From: an uncultured virus (IMG/VR IMGVR_UViG_3300033752_000251)
Taxonomy: Duplodnaviria; Heunggongvirae; Uroviricota; Caudoviricetes
Reading direction: 5' to 3' (one strand)
DNA: 64,000 bases
Virus record (IMG/VR): IMGVR_UViG_3300033752_000251
Position numbers and translations under genes: made by a program. Under the pieces are notes generated by a model. The model was given only the letters and a program-made list of their open reading frames with translations, was not told the origin of the DNA and made no database searches. Positions 20,850 through 31,727 of the stretch are shown piece by piece; positions within the stretch are counted from its first letter, which is position 1, and every line of letters starts with the position of its first letter.

Positions 20850-21602
20850 TTAAGATTTATTTAAAAGCTTCATTTTTACCTCGGTCTGGATCTCGTCAAG
20901 TACATCATCGTAATCGCTTACAATGATATCCAAATAATCCCTGACAAAATTACCGAGAAGATTTCCTTCAAGAATAAGCTTTCTAATAATAGATGCATCA
21001 TAATTATCATCGCTAGCAATGTATTTAATAAAGTCAAGGGGTTCAATATCCATGGTTAAGATAAAATTAATAATTTTTGGAAGATTTGAAACAATTAATG
21101 CATCATCTTTGTTTTTAATTTTCTTTTTGGTAGCTACAGAGGTTACATCCTTTTTCCTTTGCTCATCTCCAAATTGCTCTACGAAGAATTTCTTATTTTT
21201 TGTAATATATTTATGAATGAATTTAGTTACATTTTTTCTATATCGGAGAATCAAGAAGTGATAAAGTGCAATTCCAGTCTCCATACTGTCTTCCAGATTA
21301 TCAAACATGTCCAGATTGATCCCAAGATCAAATTTTTCATCAATCTGGGAAATAATGAAATTGAAGAAATCCATTGTAGATGAATTTAATTTCTTGAGAG
21401 ATTCCTCGTCATCAATAACTGTTTCTTTAACAATGCGGTATCTATCAATGACGTTGGAAATATAGTTCACATCGGTTGACAATGGGTTATTTATTTGATA
21501 TCTTATGTTTTCCTTAATCAGCTCAACAGGAAAATCCGTGATCAAAATATCAGTTTCTGTCTCGGACAGAATCTCATACTCTTCTTCTTGGAAGTCGTTC
21601 AT
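20850..21602 (-). CDS. Hypothetical protein
   Basis: 250-aa ORF, AAAGGA RBS. Confidence 0.8.
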   Translation of the reverse strand: MNDFQEEEYEILSETETDILITDFPVELIKENIRYQINNPLSTDVNYISNVIDRYRIVKETVIDDEESLKKLNSSTMDFFNFIISQIDEKFDLGINLDMFDNLEDSMETGIALYHFLILRYRKNVTKFIHKYITKNKKFFVEQFGDEQRKKDVTSVATKKKIKNKDDALIVSNLPKIINFILTMDIEPLDFIKYIASDDNYDASIIRKLILEGNLLGNFVRDYLDIIVSDYDDVLDEIQTEVKMKLLNKS

Positions 21603-21694
21603 GAATATACCGTCCTTTCTATATTTATATATCTATTTGTAATAAAAAAAGTATAATTGTATAGGGCTGATCTTTACCCTATACAATTATACTT

Positions 21695-23758
21695 TTAGTT
21701 ATTCAATTCATCAAAAAGATCCATATCTATCATATCCTCATCATACGCATCTTGATCTTCTACGTAGTTTTTAGGTCTAAGCATTGCATCAATCATATTG
21801 GATTCTCTTCGTGCACGCATTATTTCCATTGCCATATCATTTTGATAATCTGCCAGTGTTTTTGATCCTACGTTCTTAAATGCCTCTTTTAAATCCTCAG
21901 GTAATTCCTCATATATATCTTCATAATCGAGACCTTTATTTCGTTCGTTTTCATCAGGAAGAGATCCTTTAGTGAATCCAAACCTGGAAAGATTATTGCC
22001 GTGATAATACACATAAAGGACCATCAAATATGACATTACGTTGTCATCATGGAATCCTTGCCCTGCAACAATTTTTCCACCTTTTGTAACAACAAGACTC
22101 AAGATATCGTCTATCAAGAATTGGCCAATGAGTTTGTCTTTTTTCTCTTTGACATGTACATAAAGAAGTTCGAACATTCTTTCGCGTGATTTAGGACCAG
22201 TCCAGACACCAAACATACGACGTTTGTTGGCTTCTTTCTTGAGGAATCCTTTATTGTCAAGACGGTCGACGACACTTTCTTCCATCGGGTCTTTTACATT
22301 TTCAAAGTAAATATTTCTAGCAATTTCAGTTTGACGCAAGAATTCAATAATAGCACTACCTTTGTTTCGTTCGATGATAACGATAGCCCTAGGAATATAT
22401 CTTCTGACTAACGTATAGATGAATTTTGTGAATTCAGCCTCACTGATGTATGGCGATTTAAATTCTGCTACGACTTTAAGAGTATAAGGGTCAACTATAG
22501 TCAGTGCTGAATTATCCCGCCTGTCACCATAACCACTTGCTACGTCAACACCAACCATATAAATTCTTTCTTTATCCAGCTCTTCATAAATATACAGAGG
22601 GAATAGTTTATTAATGAATATTTCATCTTTAATTATACCTTTCATATCAGGCAATGCATCGAGATCTTCAGGATCAAATGGCGAATCCTGAGAACCGCGC
22701 ATACGTTTCAGCAAAATTTCACGCTTTATCTTCTGTGGGTTATTGTTAAGAATACGACATTGTTCGTTAAACCATTCTTCACCTTCACCCAATTGGATGT
22801 AGCTGTATTCGATATAAACGATTTTATTCTCGGAACATTTTTCGATATATTCATTAATGTCATCCAAAGACCAGTCATAGAACTTTTCAGTCCATTTACA
22901 GGTCTTAGAGATGATCTCCATAGCGTCTTGACCTGGTTGAGTATCCAAGTCGCCAGGAGTAGATGTAAATATACGACAATATGCAGAGTTATTTCTTTTT
23001 GCATTCCGTGCCGCCGTGACAAATGCAGGACCGGCAGCCTCAATAATTGTCTTAATAAACGGAGTGAACTCAACTTCATCGTAATATTGGATGGGTTGCG
23101 TATTACCCCGACCAATACCATCCGCTGCTTGTATAGATGTGGCCGAGGGTTTGGTGACGATTCTATTCTTATTCGTGGGATTCATAAGAGACTTGACATT
23201 ATTACGTTCTTTAACTTCATCTCCATCTTCATCATATGCAATCTTCATTTGCATATAAGAAGGCAAGAGATCTCTTTGAGCTTTGAGACGTGCCAAGTTA
23301 TTGATAGCGTCCTCAGATCTCTTATTAATGAATGCAATTTCAGAGTTAGTTGTACCAAACAGAAATGCCCAGTCTATAATTGCTATGGCTGATTGTGTTT
23401 TACCTTTCTGACGAGGTATGACCACATAATGGTCTATACCAAGAAGGAAGCAGAATGTTTGTGCCAGATTGGCCCGGTGAAGTTGATAAGGTATGCCGTT
23501 ACCACCTTGGTCCGGAATTCTCACACATTCACGCAGGAAATACCAGGGGTTTACCATACATTCATTAATAATACGAACCATTTGGTCCTCTGTCAAATAG
23601 GGAGAGAACGGATCAACCCCTTGGAGTGTTTCATCATAGAGTCGAAGAAAAAACATATTATTTTTAATACCGAGTCTTTTTAAATCAACTGCAACCTGAA
23701 GGAACGATAGATTACGTGTTTTTATATCGTAAATAAAAGTTCTTTTCTTACCGGACAT
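21695..23758 (-). CDS. terL: Terminase large subunit
   Basis: Walker A PRQKGKT, Walker B YYDE, STP coupling motif, nuclease motifs GVDVASG, IIERN and HDDNVMS. Confidence 0.93.
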   Translation of the reverse strand: MSGKKRTFIYDIKTRNLSFLQVAVDLKRLGIKNNMFFLRLYDETLQGVDPFSPYLTEDQMVRIINECMVNPWYFLRECVRIPDQGGNGIPYQLHRANLAQTFCFLLGIDHYVVIPRQKGKTQSAIAIIDWAFLFGTTNSEIAFINKRSEDAINNLARLKAQRDLLPSYMQMKIAYDEDGDEVKERNNVKSLMNPTNKNRIVTKPSATSIQAADGIGRGNTQPIQYYDEVEFTPFIKTIIEAAGPAFVTAARNAKRNNSAYCRIFTSTPGDLDTQPGQDAMEIISKTCKWTEKFYDWSLDDINEYIEKCSENKIVYIEYSYIQLGEGEEWFNEQCRILNNNPQKIKREILLKRMRGSQDSPFDPEDLDALPDMKGIIKDEIFINKLFPLYIYEELDKERIYMVGVDVASGYGDRRDNSALTIVDPYTLKVVAEFKSPYISEAEFTKFIYTLVRRYIPRAIVIIERNKGSAIIEFLRQTEIARNIYFENVKDPMEESVVDRLDNKGFLKKEANKRRMFGVWTGPKSRERMFELLYVHVKEKKDKLIGQFLIDDILSLVVTKGGKIVAGQGFHDDNVMSYLMVLYVYYHGNNLSRFGFTKGSLPDENERNKGLDYEDIYEELPEDLKEAFKNVGSKTLADYQNDMAMEIMRARRESNMIDAMLRPKNYVEDQDAYDEDMIDMDLFDELNN

Positions 23759-23778
23759 GAGAGACCAACTCCCCGACC

Positions 23779-25017
23779 TTAACCCTCATAGCCCTTAGGG
23801 TACTTAATAAAGACCCCGTATTGTTTGGGTTTGATGGGAGTTTCGAGGGCCATTATTCTCATTCGTTCAAGTTGGGCTTTGAAAGATTCGAGAGTATCCT
23901 TAGATACAGGAACCTTTTCCTTTTGACCATTTTTAATAAGATCAAGTGCAGCATTAATGACCGAAAGTTTATCATAGATAAGATCCAATACATAGATCTT
24001 GTCGTCTTCATTCTCAATACGACCAACTTCAACTGAGAGAATATCAATATCTGCTTGGGTGATTTTCTTTACTTTTCCATTTTTATCAAAGATACTGAGC
24101 AGACCCTCTTTTACAATGACGTTAAATTCATTGGTAAGATATTGTTCTCTAACCGCGTCAGTATAGGGATTTTCACTCTCACCCTTACCAAAGAATGTGC
24201 TGCGAATATCGTAAACGATATCCCTTACAAAACGACTCGGATTTTTCAGGAGTTCTGTTTGTAAAGTAGTTCTGAGATTACTTCTACGGAATTCAAGTTC
24301 TGCAATATTAACAAAAGTCCAATTTACCGTAGCAGTAATGTCTTGATCGACCTGTTCTTCAGTTCGATTTACAAGACGATTTCCTTGGGTTGCAACGAGT
24401 TTATCAATGAAGTTGTTAAGGTTCTCACCATAACCCATTTTCTCAACGAACTGGTCGGCAACTCTTTCAGTTTTAAGATTTGTATAACGAAAGTTCTTAG
24501 AGCTACAAGCATCCACAAAAACAAGTTGAATAATTTTTTGTGCTTTGGGCCAGCTAATCAGCTTTTTCAAAGCAAGATTAGCGTGCATCATTTTATAGCG
24601 GAGAATGCGGTTTACCCTCTGAGGGATAGAGTTGGAATAAACAACATGACCAATCTCATGAAGAAGAACTGCCACAATTTCCGCAGGATTAGCATTAAGG
24701 TTCTTATCATAGAGCAAAATAGAATCAATTTCAAGAACCCACTCGTCGGTCTTTTGCCAAAGATCAATAACTACATCTGTACTGGACTTTTTATTGACAA
24801 TAGCATCAATGATCTTTTCTATTTGATTTTTATTAGGATAAATACTCATACCAAAAAATTCTCTAGTATCATTATTGACGATATTGATTGTGAAGTTGAT
24901 ATCAAAATTCCGCTTAATCACACGTTGGATTCTAAGTATTGCACCATTGACATTATTCTTACTTTTGATATCATAAAAACATTCCTCAAGGAGGATCATA
25001 TCTTGGCTCTTACTCAT
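23779..25017 (-). CDS. Zincin-like metallopeptidase domain protein in the head module
   Basis: AVLLHEIGH (HExxH) followed by ERVADQF (ExxAD). Confidence 0.65.
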   Translation of the reverse strand: MSKSQDMILLEECFYDIKSKNNVNGAILRIQRVIKRNFDINFTINIVNNDTREFFGMSIYPNKNQIEKIIDAIVNKKSSTDVVIDLWQKTDEWVLEIDSILLYDKNLNANPAEIVAVLLHEIGHVVYSNSIPQRVNRILRYKMMHANLALKKLISWPKAQKIIQLVFVDACSSKNFRYTNLKTERVADQFVEKMGYGENLNNFIDKLVATQGNRLVNRTEEQVDQDITATVNWTFVNIAELEFRRSNLRTTLQTELLKNPSRFVRDIVYDIRSTFFGKGESENPYTDAVREQYLTNEFNVIVKEGLLSIFDKNGKVKKITQADIDILSVEVGRIENEDDKIYVLDLIYDKLSVINAALDLIKNGQKEKVPVSKDTLESFKAQLERMRIMALETPIKPKQYGVFIKYPKGYEG

Positions 25018-25117
25018 TATCTGTCACCCTTCCTTAATTAAAGAATTATAAAAGACGACAACTCCTTATATAAGAGTTGCCGTCTTTTATTTTTATTCAT
25101 TATCGGACAAAGGAAAA

Positions 25118-26857
25118 TTACAGCTCTTGACGACCGAAATCGTCGTTGTAGATGATGAATTCGCCTTGAACCGGCAGAACTTCCGTCGTCAGGTAACGGG
25201 ATACACCCATTACGTTCGGCGTCAGCGGCGTGAACGGATTCCGGTAGACGTTTTCGATGTTCAGGCTGTACTTGTAATGCTTGAAGGTGATGACTTCTTT
25301 GGACAGCGGATACGCAACGATCCGAATGCCCTTCGACTTCGGCACCTTAAGCGTGGAGACAACATGGACACGGTTCTTGTTAGCGGTCATAACACCGAAC
25401 TTGTAGTCCAGTTGAATACCGCCAATCTTCGTGTCTTCGTCGATGACCCAACGAACATCATCTTGGATCAGCGTGATGTTGTTCGGGTGGCCATATACCA
25501 CGAACATGATGTCTTCGGTACGCAGCTTCGTTTTGAGTTGGTCAATTTCACGGTTCAGGAAGTACTTGAGTTCAGAACCGATCCATTGCGAAACCGTAAC
25601 GAAGATGTTTGCCGGCGGAGTAGCCGAGAACCGGTAGGATTCTACGAAGCCATCCGTGTAACCAAACGGCAGATTCTTCTTGGTTTTCCATTTTGCCAGA
25701 CTCGAATCCAGGAAGTCCAGGATCGTCGAGTCTTCCAGTTGCGTCAGAACCGTCGAAATATCGGCGATGATTTCCGTCGTGATATCCGTGTTGAACAGAG
25801 CCTTGTAGTCCTTGATCTTCTCAATGGTCAGACCCGTGTTCAGACGATAGCCGTCCGGAATTTGCCACGTCAGGTTCTCACGTTCACGGTCCAAGTCAAC
25901 CGTGTTAACGTTGTTTTGGTTCGACAGATGACCGCCGAAACGAACTTTCTTGATCTTGCCACCTGTCGAAGCGACCGAGACTTTGCCGTCATAGAAGCTG
26001 ATTTGACCGACAATAACGTCGCTTACCGGGTTGCCTTGCTCGTCTTCCGTGTTGATACGATAGCTGAAGGAACCGATACCGGCACCACCATTGACACCCG
26101 TATCCGGAACAATGTTCAGACCTTCGATGGTCTTCAGAACCGGCGTCGGCGTAGCGGCCGGACCCATAACTTCGATTTGAACAGCGTCAATAACGAAGTC
26201 CAGACCCAGCGAGTCACGCATTTGCATCGAACCGCCGGATTCCGTCAGCAGGTCGAGGTCTTGGAACGGCAGGCTGCCAACTTCCGGATACCATTTGTTA
26301 CTGATCGGTTTGCCGCGCATTTCACCGAGCACATTCTTGTAGCTGTCATCGTAGAAGATTTCCGGGATGTAGTACCTGTTGCCGTTCTTATCCTTCAGGA
26401 AACGGCGTTCGAAAGAAACCTTCACGATCGGCTTAGCCGGAACTTCCGTCATCACAATGTCCTTCGAGTGACATTGCAGATAGTTCTTCTTCAGAACCGG
26501 CAGCGAGATACCAACGATCGGGGCCAGCTGACCAACCGAAGATTCGCGCAGGATTTCCACCCTCGTGTTTTCGAAAAGCTGTTCCAGTTTCTCCGGCATC
26601 AGCGACAGATACGGATCGTCTTTAATTGCACTTTCCGTGAGAACGTCACCGATAAGACGATTCTTGTAGTCCTCAGTCAGAGATTCGATTTTGAGGATCT
26701 TTGCGATGTCCTCAATCGGGTCCGTTTGCGTAGCATTACGGAAACCCTCAAGTACAGCTTTGATGGATGCTTTGAAATCATGCTCACGGTCTGTTACAAA
26801 ACTACCAACCACGTTAGTGGTTTGGAATTCGTCGTCCAGGTAATCAAAGGACGCCAT
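25118..26857 (-). CDS. Major capsid protein precursor
   Basis: Strongest high-expression codon bias; LAPIVGISLPVLKKNY...IVMTEVPAKP resembles the T4 gp23 N-region; late promoter at 26886-26897; near protease and terminase genes. Confidence 0.85.
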   Translation of the reverse strand: MASFDYLDDEFQTTNVVGSFVTDREHDFKASIKAVLEGFRNATQTDPIEDIAKILKIESLTEDYKNRLIGDVLTESAIKDDPYLSLMPEKLEQLFENTRVEILRESSVGQLAPIVGISLPVLKKNYLQCHSKDIVMTEVPAKPIVKVSFERRFLKDKNGNRYYIPEIFYDDSYKNVLGEMRGKPISNKWYPEVGSLPFQDLDLLTESGGSMQMRDSLGLDFVIDAVQIEVMGPAATPTPVLKTIEGLNIVPDTGVNGGAGIGSFSYRINTEDEQGNPVSDVIVGQISFYDGKVSVASTGGKIKKVRFGGHLSNQNNVNTVDLDRERENLTWQIPDGYRLNTGLTIEKIKDYKALFNTDITTEIIADISTVLTQLEDSTILDFLDSSLAKWKTKKNLPFGYTDGFVESYRFSATPPANIFVTVSQWIGSELKYFLNREIDQLKTKLRTEDIMFVVYGHPNNITLIQDDVRWVIDEDTKIGGIQLDYKFGVMTANKNRVHVVSTLKVPKSKGIRIVAYPLSKEVITFKHYKYSLNIENVYRNPFTPLTPNVMGVSRYLTTEVLPVQGEFIIYNDDFGRQEL

Positions 26858-26890
26858 AGATTTACACTTCCTTCCTTTATTTTTTTATAA

Positions 26891-27664
26891 TTATGTTTTA
26901 TCATTGTCAGTCAAAACCCTTATTTTTTTAAGCATCTCAGCATTCAATCTAAAAGCTTCGATGAAACTATTATATTTATAGAGATTATTAACATAACTCT
27001 CCTTTGGAAATTGGTATACAATGTAATCAAAAAGTAAACCATCAAGTTTGATCAAATTAATTTTCACTTGGTTAATGATTTTATTAATCAAAACATCTGG
27101 TTTATTTGTCGAAGATAATTTTCGTATAACATTTCTATTCAAATTATAGAAAGTTGTAAAATCTGCTAACAGAAGACGTTTATTCGTCTTCTCATCATCG
27201 TTTTCATTATTTTCTTCTGAATTTTCACCGGAGCCACCCCCTTCATCGGCTTCAGTTTCGTCTTCTCCAAAATTATCAACTTCGTCCCCTACATCATTAT
27301 CTCCATCAGATGTCTCCTCAGTGTAGTCAGTTGACCCATCTTCATCGGAACCACCCGATTCGGTCTCACCGTCTTCATCACCGGTTGTTTCTTCGTTATC
27401 AGAATCTTCGTCTTCTTGATTGTCTTCGGGATTAAGCTCAGATTCTTCTTCTGTATAGTCGATAGGTTCTTCATCTTGATCGATATCTTCATTGTCTTCG
27501 TTTTGATCTTCTTGTCCATCTTGTTCATTTTCAATTTCTTCTTCATTTACTTCTTCACTGTAATCAGTCACATTTTGTTCATCGGTGTTAACTTTGATTA
27601 CTCTTCTTCTAGGTCTAGTTCTTCCACCTCTCGCTTCCAAAAGAATATCTATAAAATCAGTCAT
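26891..27664 (-). CDS. Highly acidic head protein (scaffold/core-like)
   Basis: D/E-rich tract with repeated DYTEE/DYSEE, directly upstream of the capsid gene. Confidence 0.6.
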   Translation of the reverse strand: MTDFIDILLEARGGRTRPRRRVIKVNTDEQNVTDYSEEVNEEEIENEQDGQEDQNEDNEDIDQDEEPIDYTEEESELNPEDNQEDEDSDNEETTGDEDGETESGGSDEDGSTDYTEETSDGDNDVGDEVDNFGEDETEADEGGGSGENSEENNENDDEKTNKRLLLADFTTFYNLNRNVIRKLSSTNKPDVLINKIINQVKINLIKLDGLLFDYIVYQFPKESYVNNLYKYNSFIEAFRLNAEMLKKIRVLTDNDKT

Positions 27665-29907
27665 AGATTTTCCTCCATATCCTTAATATTATAACGAATT
27701 CGAACAATGTCCCGTTCAAGTTTATTTTTAAGTCTCATCAACTGATACTTTTTCTGACGCTCATTGGCAGCTTTTGCATCTTCAATTTTTTCATTAACAA
27801 TGGTTAATTCGGCTTCGAGTTCATCCACAATACGCATACGGACCCTTTTATCTAATTTTCTATCACGAGCAATACTTGCGATAAGACCTACTGCTGCAAT
27901 GGCAGGATGAATAAAAGCAAGAGCCCCCGTCATGGCTGCTTTCCTAATAAGTTTAAAAAGTCTAAGTTTATAACCGCCTTCGATAATACGCTTACGTCGT
28001 TCTTCACGATCAAGTTTTACAAGGCTGTTAATAACGGTGTCAGTCATTCTATCAATGCGTTGCGGAACACGTTTCGCAATAGCTGTTATACGTTTTCTAT
28101 TTAAATTTTTACGACGTATGCCATGGATAATTTTTCTTGTTCCTTTATCGGCAGCAATCGCTGCTTTTCGGATAATTTCCGCTTCAAAGATTTTATCGTC
28201 ATACATTGCGTCGATATCGTCAAACGAAATATTGATATCAGGTTCAAACGACTCTTTAACCGTTTCCAGCTTTTTCTTAAGATCAATTCTAAGGTTTTTA
28301 AGTTTGATCAAGGTAGTATCAATTGCATCCATTCTAAATTTATAAGGAATTGATCCTTCTTTTATACGACCCATCGAATCAGGTCCCACTTTTTGTGCAA
28401 TTTTTTCCTTACCAGATTCCAACTTACTAATCAGCTTATCACATTCGGCAATTTTCTTTCCAATTTCTTCTTTTGTTTTCGCCTTTTTACATTCTTTTTT
28501 AAATTCATAATATACTTTATTGACTTCTTTGTAAAAAGAACTTCCCTTTTTATCTTTCGCAAATGCAGTATATGTCATATAGAAATTAATGGGATCAGTA
28601 AGAAGAAGATAAATCAACCATTGGCCCGGAGTAAAATTATATCTCCGTAAATTAAGGGAATGTAGAATTAAACTTTTCTTCTTTTCAGCTGCTTCCAGTA
28701 CCAATTCGTAAAGATTTGCAATATCGATCATTTTATTAAATGCTTCCAGATTTATCTCTTCATTGTCATTGAAGAAAGCTTTAACGAACTGAATCGCAAA
28801 AGATTGTTCCATCAATCTAAAGTCAATTTTATTTTCTTCTTCCTCGTCATCATCTTCACAGTCCTCGATTTCTTCTTCGATATCCTCATCTTCTTCATCC
28901 AAATTATCATATTCATCCAATTCATCCGGGAAGAGGTCTTCATAAATACCATCTGCAGCAAAACTTGCTATCAGACCATCGAAACCCTCTTTCATTACTT
29001 GAAGCTTCTTCTCAGAAAGCTCACAAAGCTTTCCGATAGCTTCTTTCAATTTTTCAGCATATTGGTTAAGGAATTCTACAACTCCTACTCCTTGTCCGAG
29101 AGCAATATCAATCCTCTGAAGCTGAACTTTCATTACAGCTTTAACACTTTCAATCGTAGCATTATTGCAATATTTTTCATTTTCAGCCTCATGGAACATA
29201 TCAGCAATTTTTACAGGAAGATTGATGAGTTTCTCAATATGGTTTTTGTATTCATCCTTTAAATTATTAGGGATATTAAGAACAACCGATGTATTTTTAA
29301 TAATAATTGCCGATGGATCATTGCGCAGGAAATCATCTGCACATCTAATTTCTTCTAATCCTTTTGCATAGGGGATTACGATCGACGGAGATTCACCAAT
29401 ATTAAACACAATGATATCCAATTCGTCAGAAACAGAATTTCCTGTCAGGGTTTGTCTGGGAAGATACTGTTTGTAAATTTCATAAATGGTTTCGTTTGCG
29501 ATGTACTTTTCAGTATCTTTATCGATCAAAATCTGGTCTAAATAATTGAGCGATTCTTTTATACTTTCAAGATGCTCTTTATTATTATAGCCGCCTTTTA
29601 ATGCATTATTGTAGAAGTGGTTCATTTTTTCTTGGAGATAAACAAGTTTTTCTGTCGGGATTTCGCAGGTTTTAATAACATTTGAAATAAACTTGTGACC
29701 GACTGTAGGTTCGGAAAATATAAACTTAGCATTTTCAAGAACCTCATTAAGATTCTTGGATTTTACAATATCCATAAATTCTATGACCTTTAAAGGACTA
29801 TAATCTTTTTTCAATGTCTCAAATGCTTCTTTAATGGAAACCGCACGATTTCCTGTAGGGACAGATGAAACGCTATGATTGGCGGGTTGGAACATTTTAT
29901 CTCCCAT
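27661..29907 (-). CDS. Putative head/virion protein
   Basis: 748-aa ORF in the capsid operon, late promoter at 29938-29949. Confidence 0.7.
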   Translation of the reverse strand: MGDKMFQPANHSVSSVPTGNRAVSIKEAFETLKKDYSPLKVIEFMDIVKSKNLNEVLENAKFIFSEPTVGHKFISNVIKTCEIPTEKLVYLQEKMNHFYNNALKGGYNNKEHLESIKESLNYLDQILIDKDTEKYIANETIYEIYKQYLPRQTLTGNSVSDELDIIVFNIGESPSIVIPYAKGLEEIRCADDFLRNDPSAIIIKNTSVVLNIPNNLKDEYKNHIEKLINLPVKIADMFHEAENEKYCNNATIESVKAVMKVQLQRIDIALGQGVGVVEFLNQYAEKLKEAIGKLCELSEKKLQVMKEGFDGLIASFAADGIYEDLFPDELDEYDNLDEEDEDIEEEIEDCEDDDEEEENKIDFRLMEQSFAIQFVKAFFNDNEEINLEAFNKMIDIANLYELVLEAAEKKKSLILHSLNLRRYNFTPGQWLIYLLLTDPINFYMTYTAFAKDKKGSSFYKEVNKVYYEFKKECKKAKTKEEIGKKIAECDKLISKLESGKEKIAQKVGPDSMGRIKEGSIPYKFRMDAIDTTLIKLKNLRIDLKKKLETVKESFEPDINISFDDIDAMYDDKIFEAEIIRKAAIAADKGTRKIIHGIRRKNLNRKRITAIAKRVPQRIDRMTDTVINSLVKLDREERRKRIIEGGYKLRLFKLIRKAAMTGALAFIHPAIAAVGLIASIARDRKLDKRVRMRIVDELEAELTIVNEKIEDAKAANERQKKYQLMRLKNKLERDIVRIRYNIKDMEENL

Positions 29908-30037
29908 ATACTCATTCTCTTCCTTTCGTGTTATTTTTAAGTATTTGTTGATTTTTCCAAAAAATAAAGATCAGGTATAGTCCTCAAATATCAACATTTA
30001 AATAATAAAAATACAAGAAAGTCGGGAGTGAATAAAT

Positions 30038-30877
30038 ATGGTAAATAGAGGTGAGGTAGTAGCGTACCTCATTATGGAGGCCGCATCTGATCCTGTTAAG
30101 CCTCAAAACGTACAAGTCGTTGATAAAAACGGTCTTTTCTACGTTAATTTTGATACTGTTCTCCAAGTTTTCGACCGTCAAAATAGAAACCGCCGCGAAT
30201 ATCGATCCGCTCCTATGAAAGCCTCTTTGTCGGCTCCTCACATTTCCGAACTTATCGAAAATCGCACATGGTGTGGGGAAGCAGGTCATCCTATGAGCGA
30301 TGATGTCAAACGAATTCTCACCATTGACCCTAACAACGTTTCTCATAGGATTAATAAATTCTGGTATAAAGGCGACAATGTATTGATGGGTAACATTGAT
30401 ACATTTGACGATAATGGTCCCGGATCTAAATTTACCCGGATGATTCTTCAGGGAATGGAACCGGCGTTTAGTCTTAGAGCCCTTGCTCAGTTGACCAAAT
30501 TCCAAGACGGTAGTGCGGTAATGCAATCTCGTTGCCATATCGTATGTTACGACTGGGTTATTCTTCCTAGCCATCCTGAGGCTTATCGTGATAAAAGTAA
30601 ACCAATTCAAAAAATCGTTAAGTCGTTCAATAGTGGCACCAATATTGTATCCGAAGGTACTCTCATACCTGTAAATGAGTCTCAGATCAAAGACTTCATT
30701 AAAATGGAATCCAAGAACCTGCGTGCTGTCTCCAATGTATATGAAGTAGCAATGGAGTCCATGGAAGTCTCTAAGGATTTTAAGAACGTTATCGTCCGTG
30801 AAGGTAACCGTACTTTCGTAGTTAAAATCGAAGATCGTATCAAACAAGATATTCGTTCGTTCATGAGTAAACTGTAA
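30038..30877 (+). CDS. Prohead core protease (T4 gp21-like)
   Basis: NRNRREY, GEAGHP (His), FSLRA (Ser), YDWVILPSHPEAY (Asp) motifs; late promoter at 29993-30004. Confidence 0.88.
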   Translation: MVNRGEVVAYLIMEAASDPVKPQNVQVVDKNGLFYVNFDTVLQVFDRQNRNRREYRSAPMKASLSAPHISELIENRTWCGEAGHPMSDDVKRILTIDPNNVSHRINKFWYKGDNVLMGNIDTFDDNGPGSKFTRMILQGMEPAFSLRALAQLTKFQDGSAVMQSRCHIVCYDWVILPSHPEAYRDKSKPIQKIVKSFNSGTNIVSEGTLIPVNESQIKDFIKMESKNLRAVSNVYEVAMESMEVSKDFKNVIVREGNRTFVVKIEDRIKQDIRSFMSKL

Positions 30878-30990
30878 AAAAAATAATACCTAGTTGCCAG
30901 ACGGTAACTAGGTATTATTTATATCTCTTTTCCTTTAATAGCTGTTTTTAGTAACAGATAAGTAATATATTGTGCTTAGGAGTGATAAAA

Positions 30991-31716
30991 ATGCTCAACA
31001 CAAGTGACCTTTTAACGTCTATAAAAATTGATTTAGGAATTTACGGATTGGTGATTCCGTTTGAAAAAGAAGATGAAGCCATCATCAATGTTCTTAGAAT
31101 AAAAACTCTCCCTGTTTTTAGCACTTATTCTCCGTATATACTTGAAGTGGATATGAATTTGAAGGAAATGAGAGCACTAAAGACCGACTATCAAGAATCT
31201 ATCTATGAATTACCTGATATTTTTGGCGACAATAAAATTCTTTATATTAGAAAGATTACTCCGCGTAATAAAATGCTCGGAAATGGATACTTTAGTCCCG
31301 AATTAACAGCAGACTATTACGCATATAATGATCTCATGTTAACTCAAGCATATGCAAACCTTCAATCTATTTCGACTCCTTCTTTCACATTCAAATTTAG
31401 ACATCCCAATCTCTTATACTTATATAATTTAACTACCATTGCAGATGAACTTAAGATTGAATTTGCATTACAACATCTAGACAATTTCGCATCTATTTCT
31501 AATTCGACTTGGCAATCTTTCTATGAATTAGCCCTTCTTGACGTAAAGATATTTTTATATAATGCAATGAAGCATTATACTGATATTCAAACGGCATACG
31601 GTAACTTTAGTTTGAAGATTGATGAATGGTCGAATGCTGAAAGCGAAAGAAAAGATCTCATCGAGAGATGGAAAGATGTATTCCATCTTGACGTGGATCA
31701 ATTTGTAATTGCATAA
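30991..31716 (+). CDS. Putative virion (neck-like) protein
   Basis: Late promoter at 30953-30964; position in the head module; function is inference. Confidence 0.55.
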   Translation: MLNTSDLLTSIKIDLGIYGLVIPFEKEDEAIINVLRIKTLPVFSTYSPYILEVDMNLKEMRALKTDYQESIYELPDIFGDNKILYIRKITPRNKMLGNGYFSPELTADYYAYNDLMLTQAYANLQSISTPSFTFKFRHPNLLYLYNLTTIADELKIEFALQHLDNFASISNSTWQSFYELALLDVKIFLYNAMKHYTDIQTAYGNFSLKIDEWSNAESERKDLIERWKDVFHLDVDQFVIA

Positions 31717-31727
31717 TAAAATGGAGG

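Noticed and set aside
25127..26890. 587-aa + strand ORF antisense to the capsid gene (likewise 16771-18429, 15788-16606, 29984-30847)
   Set aside because: Shadow frames produced by the codon bias of highly expressed genes; no RBS or promoter and no protein-like composition
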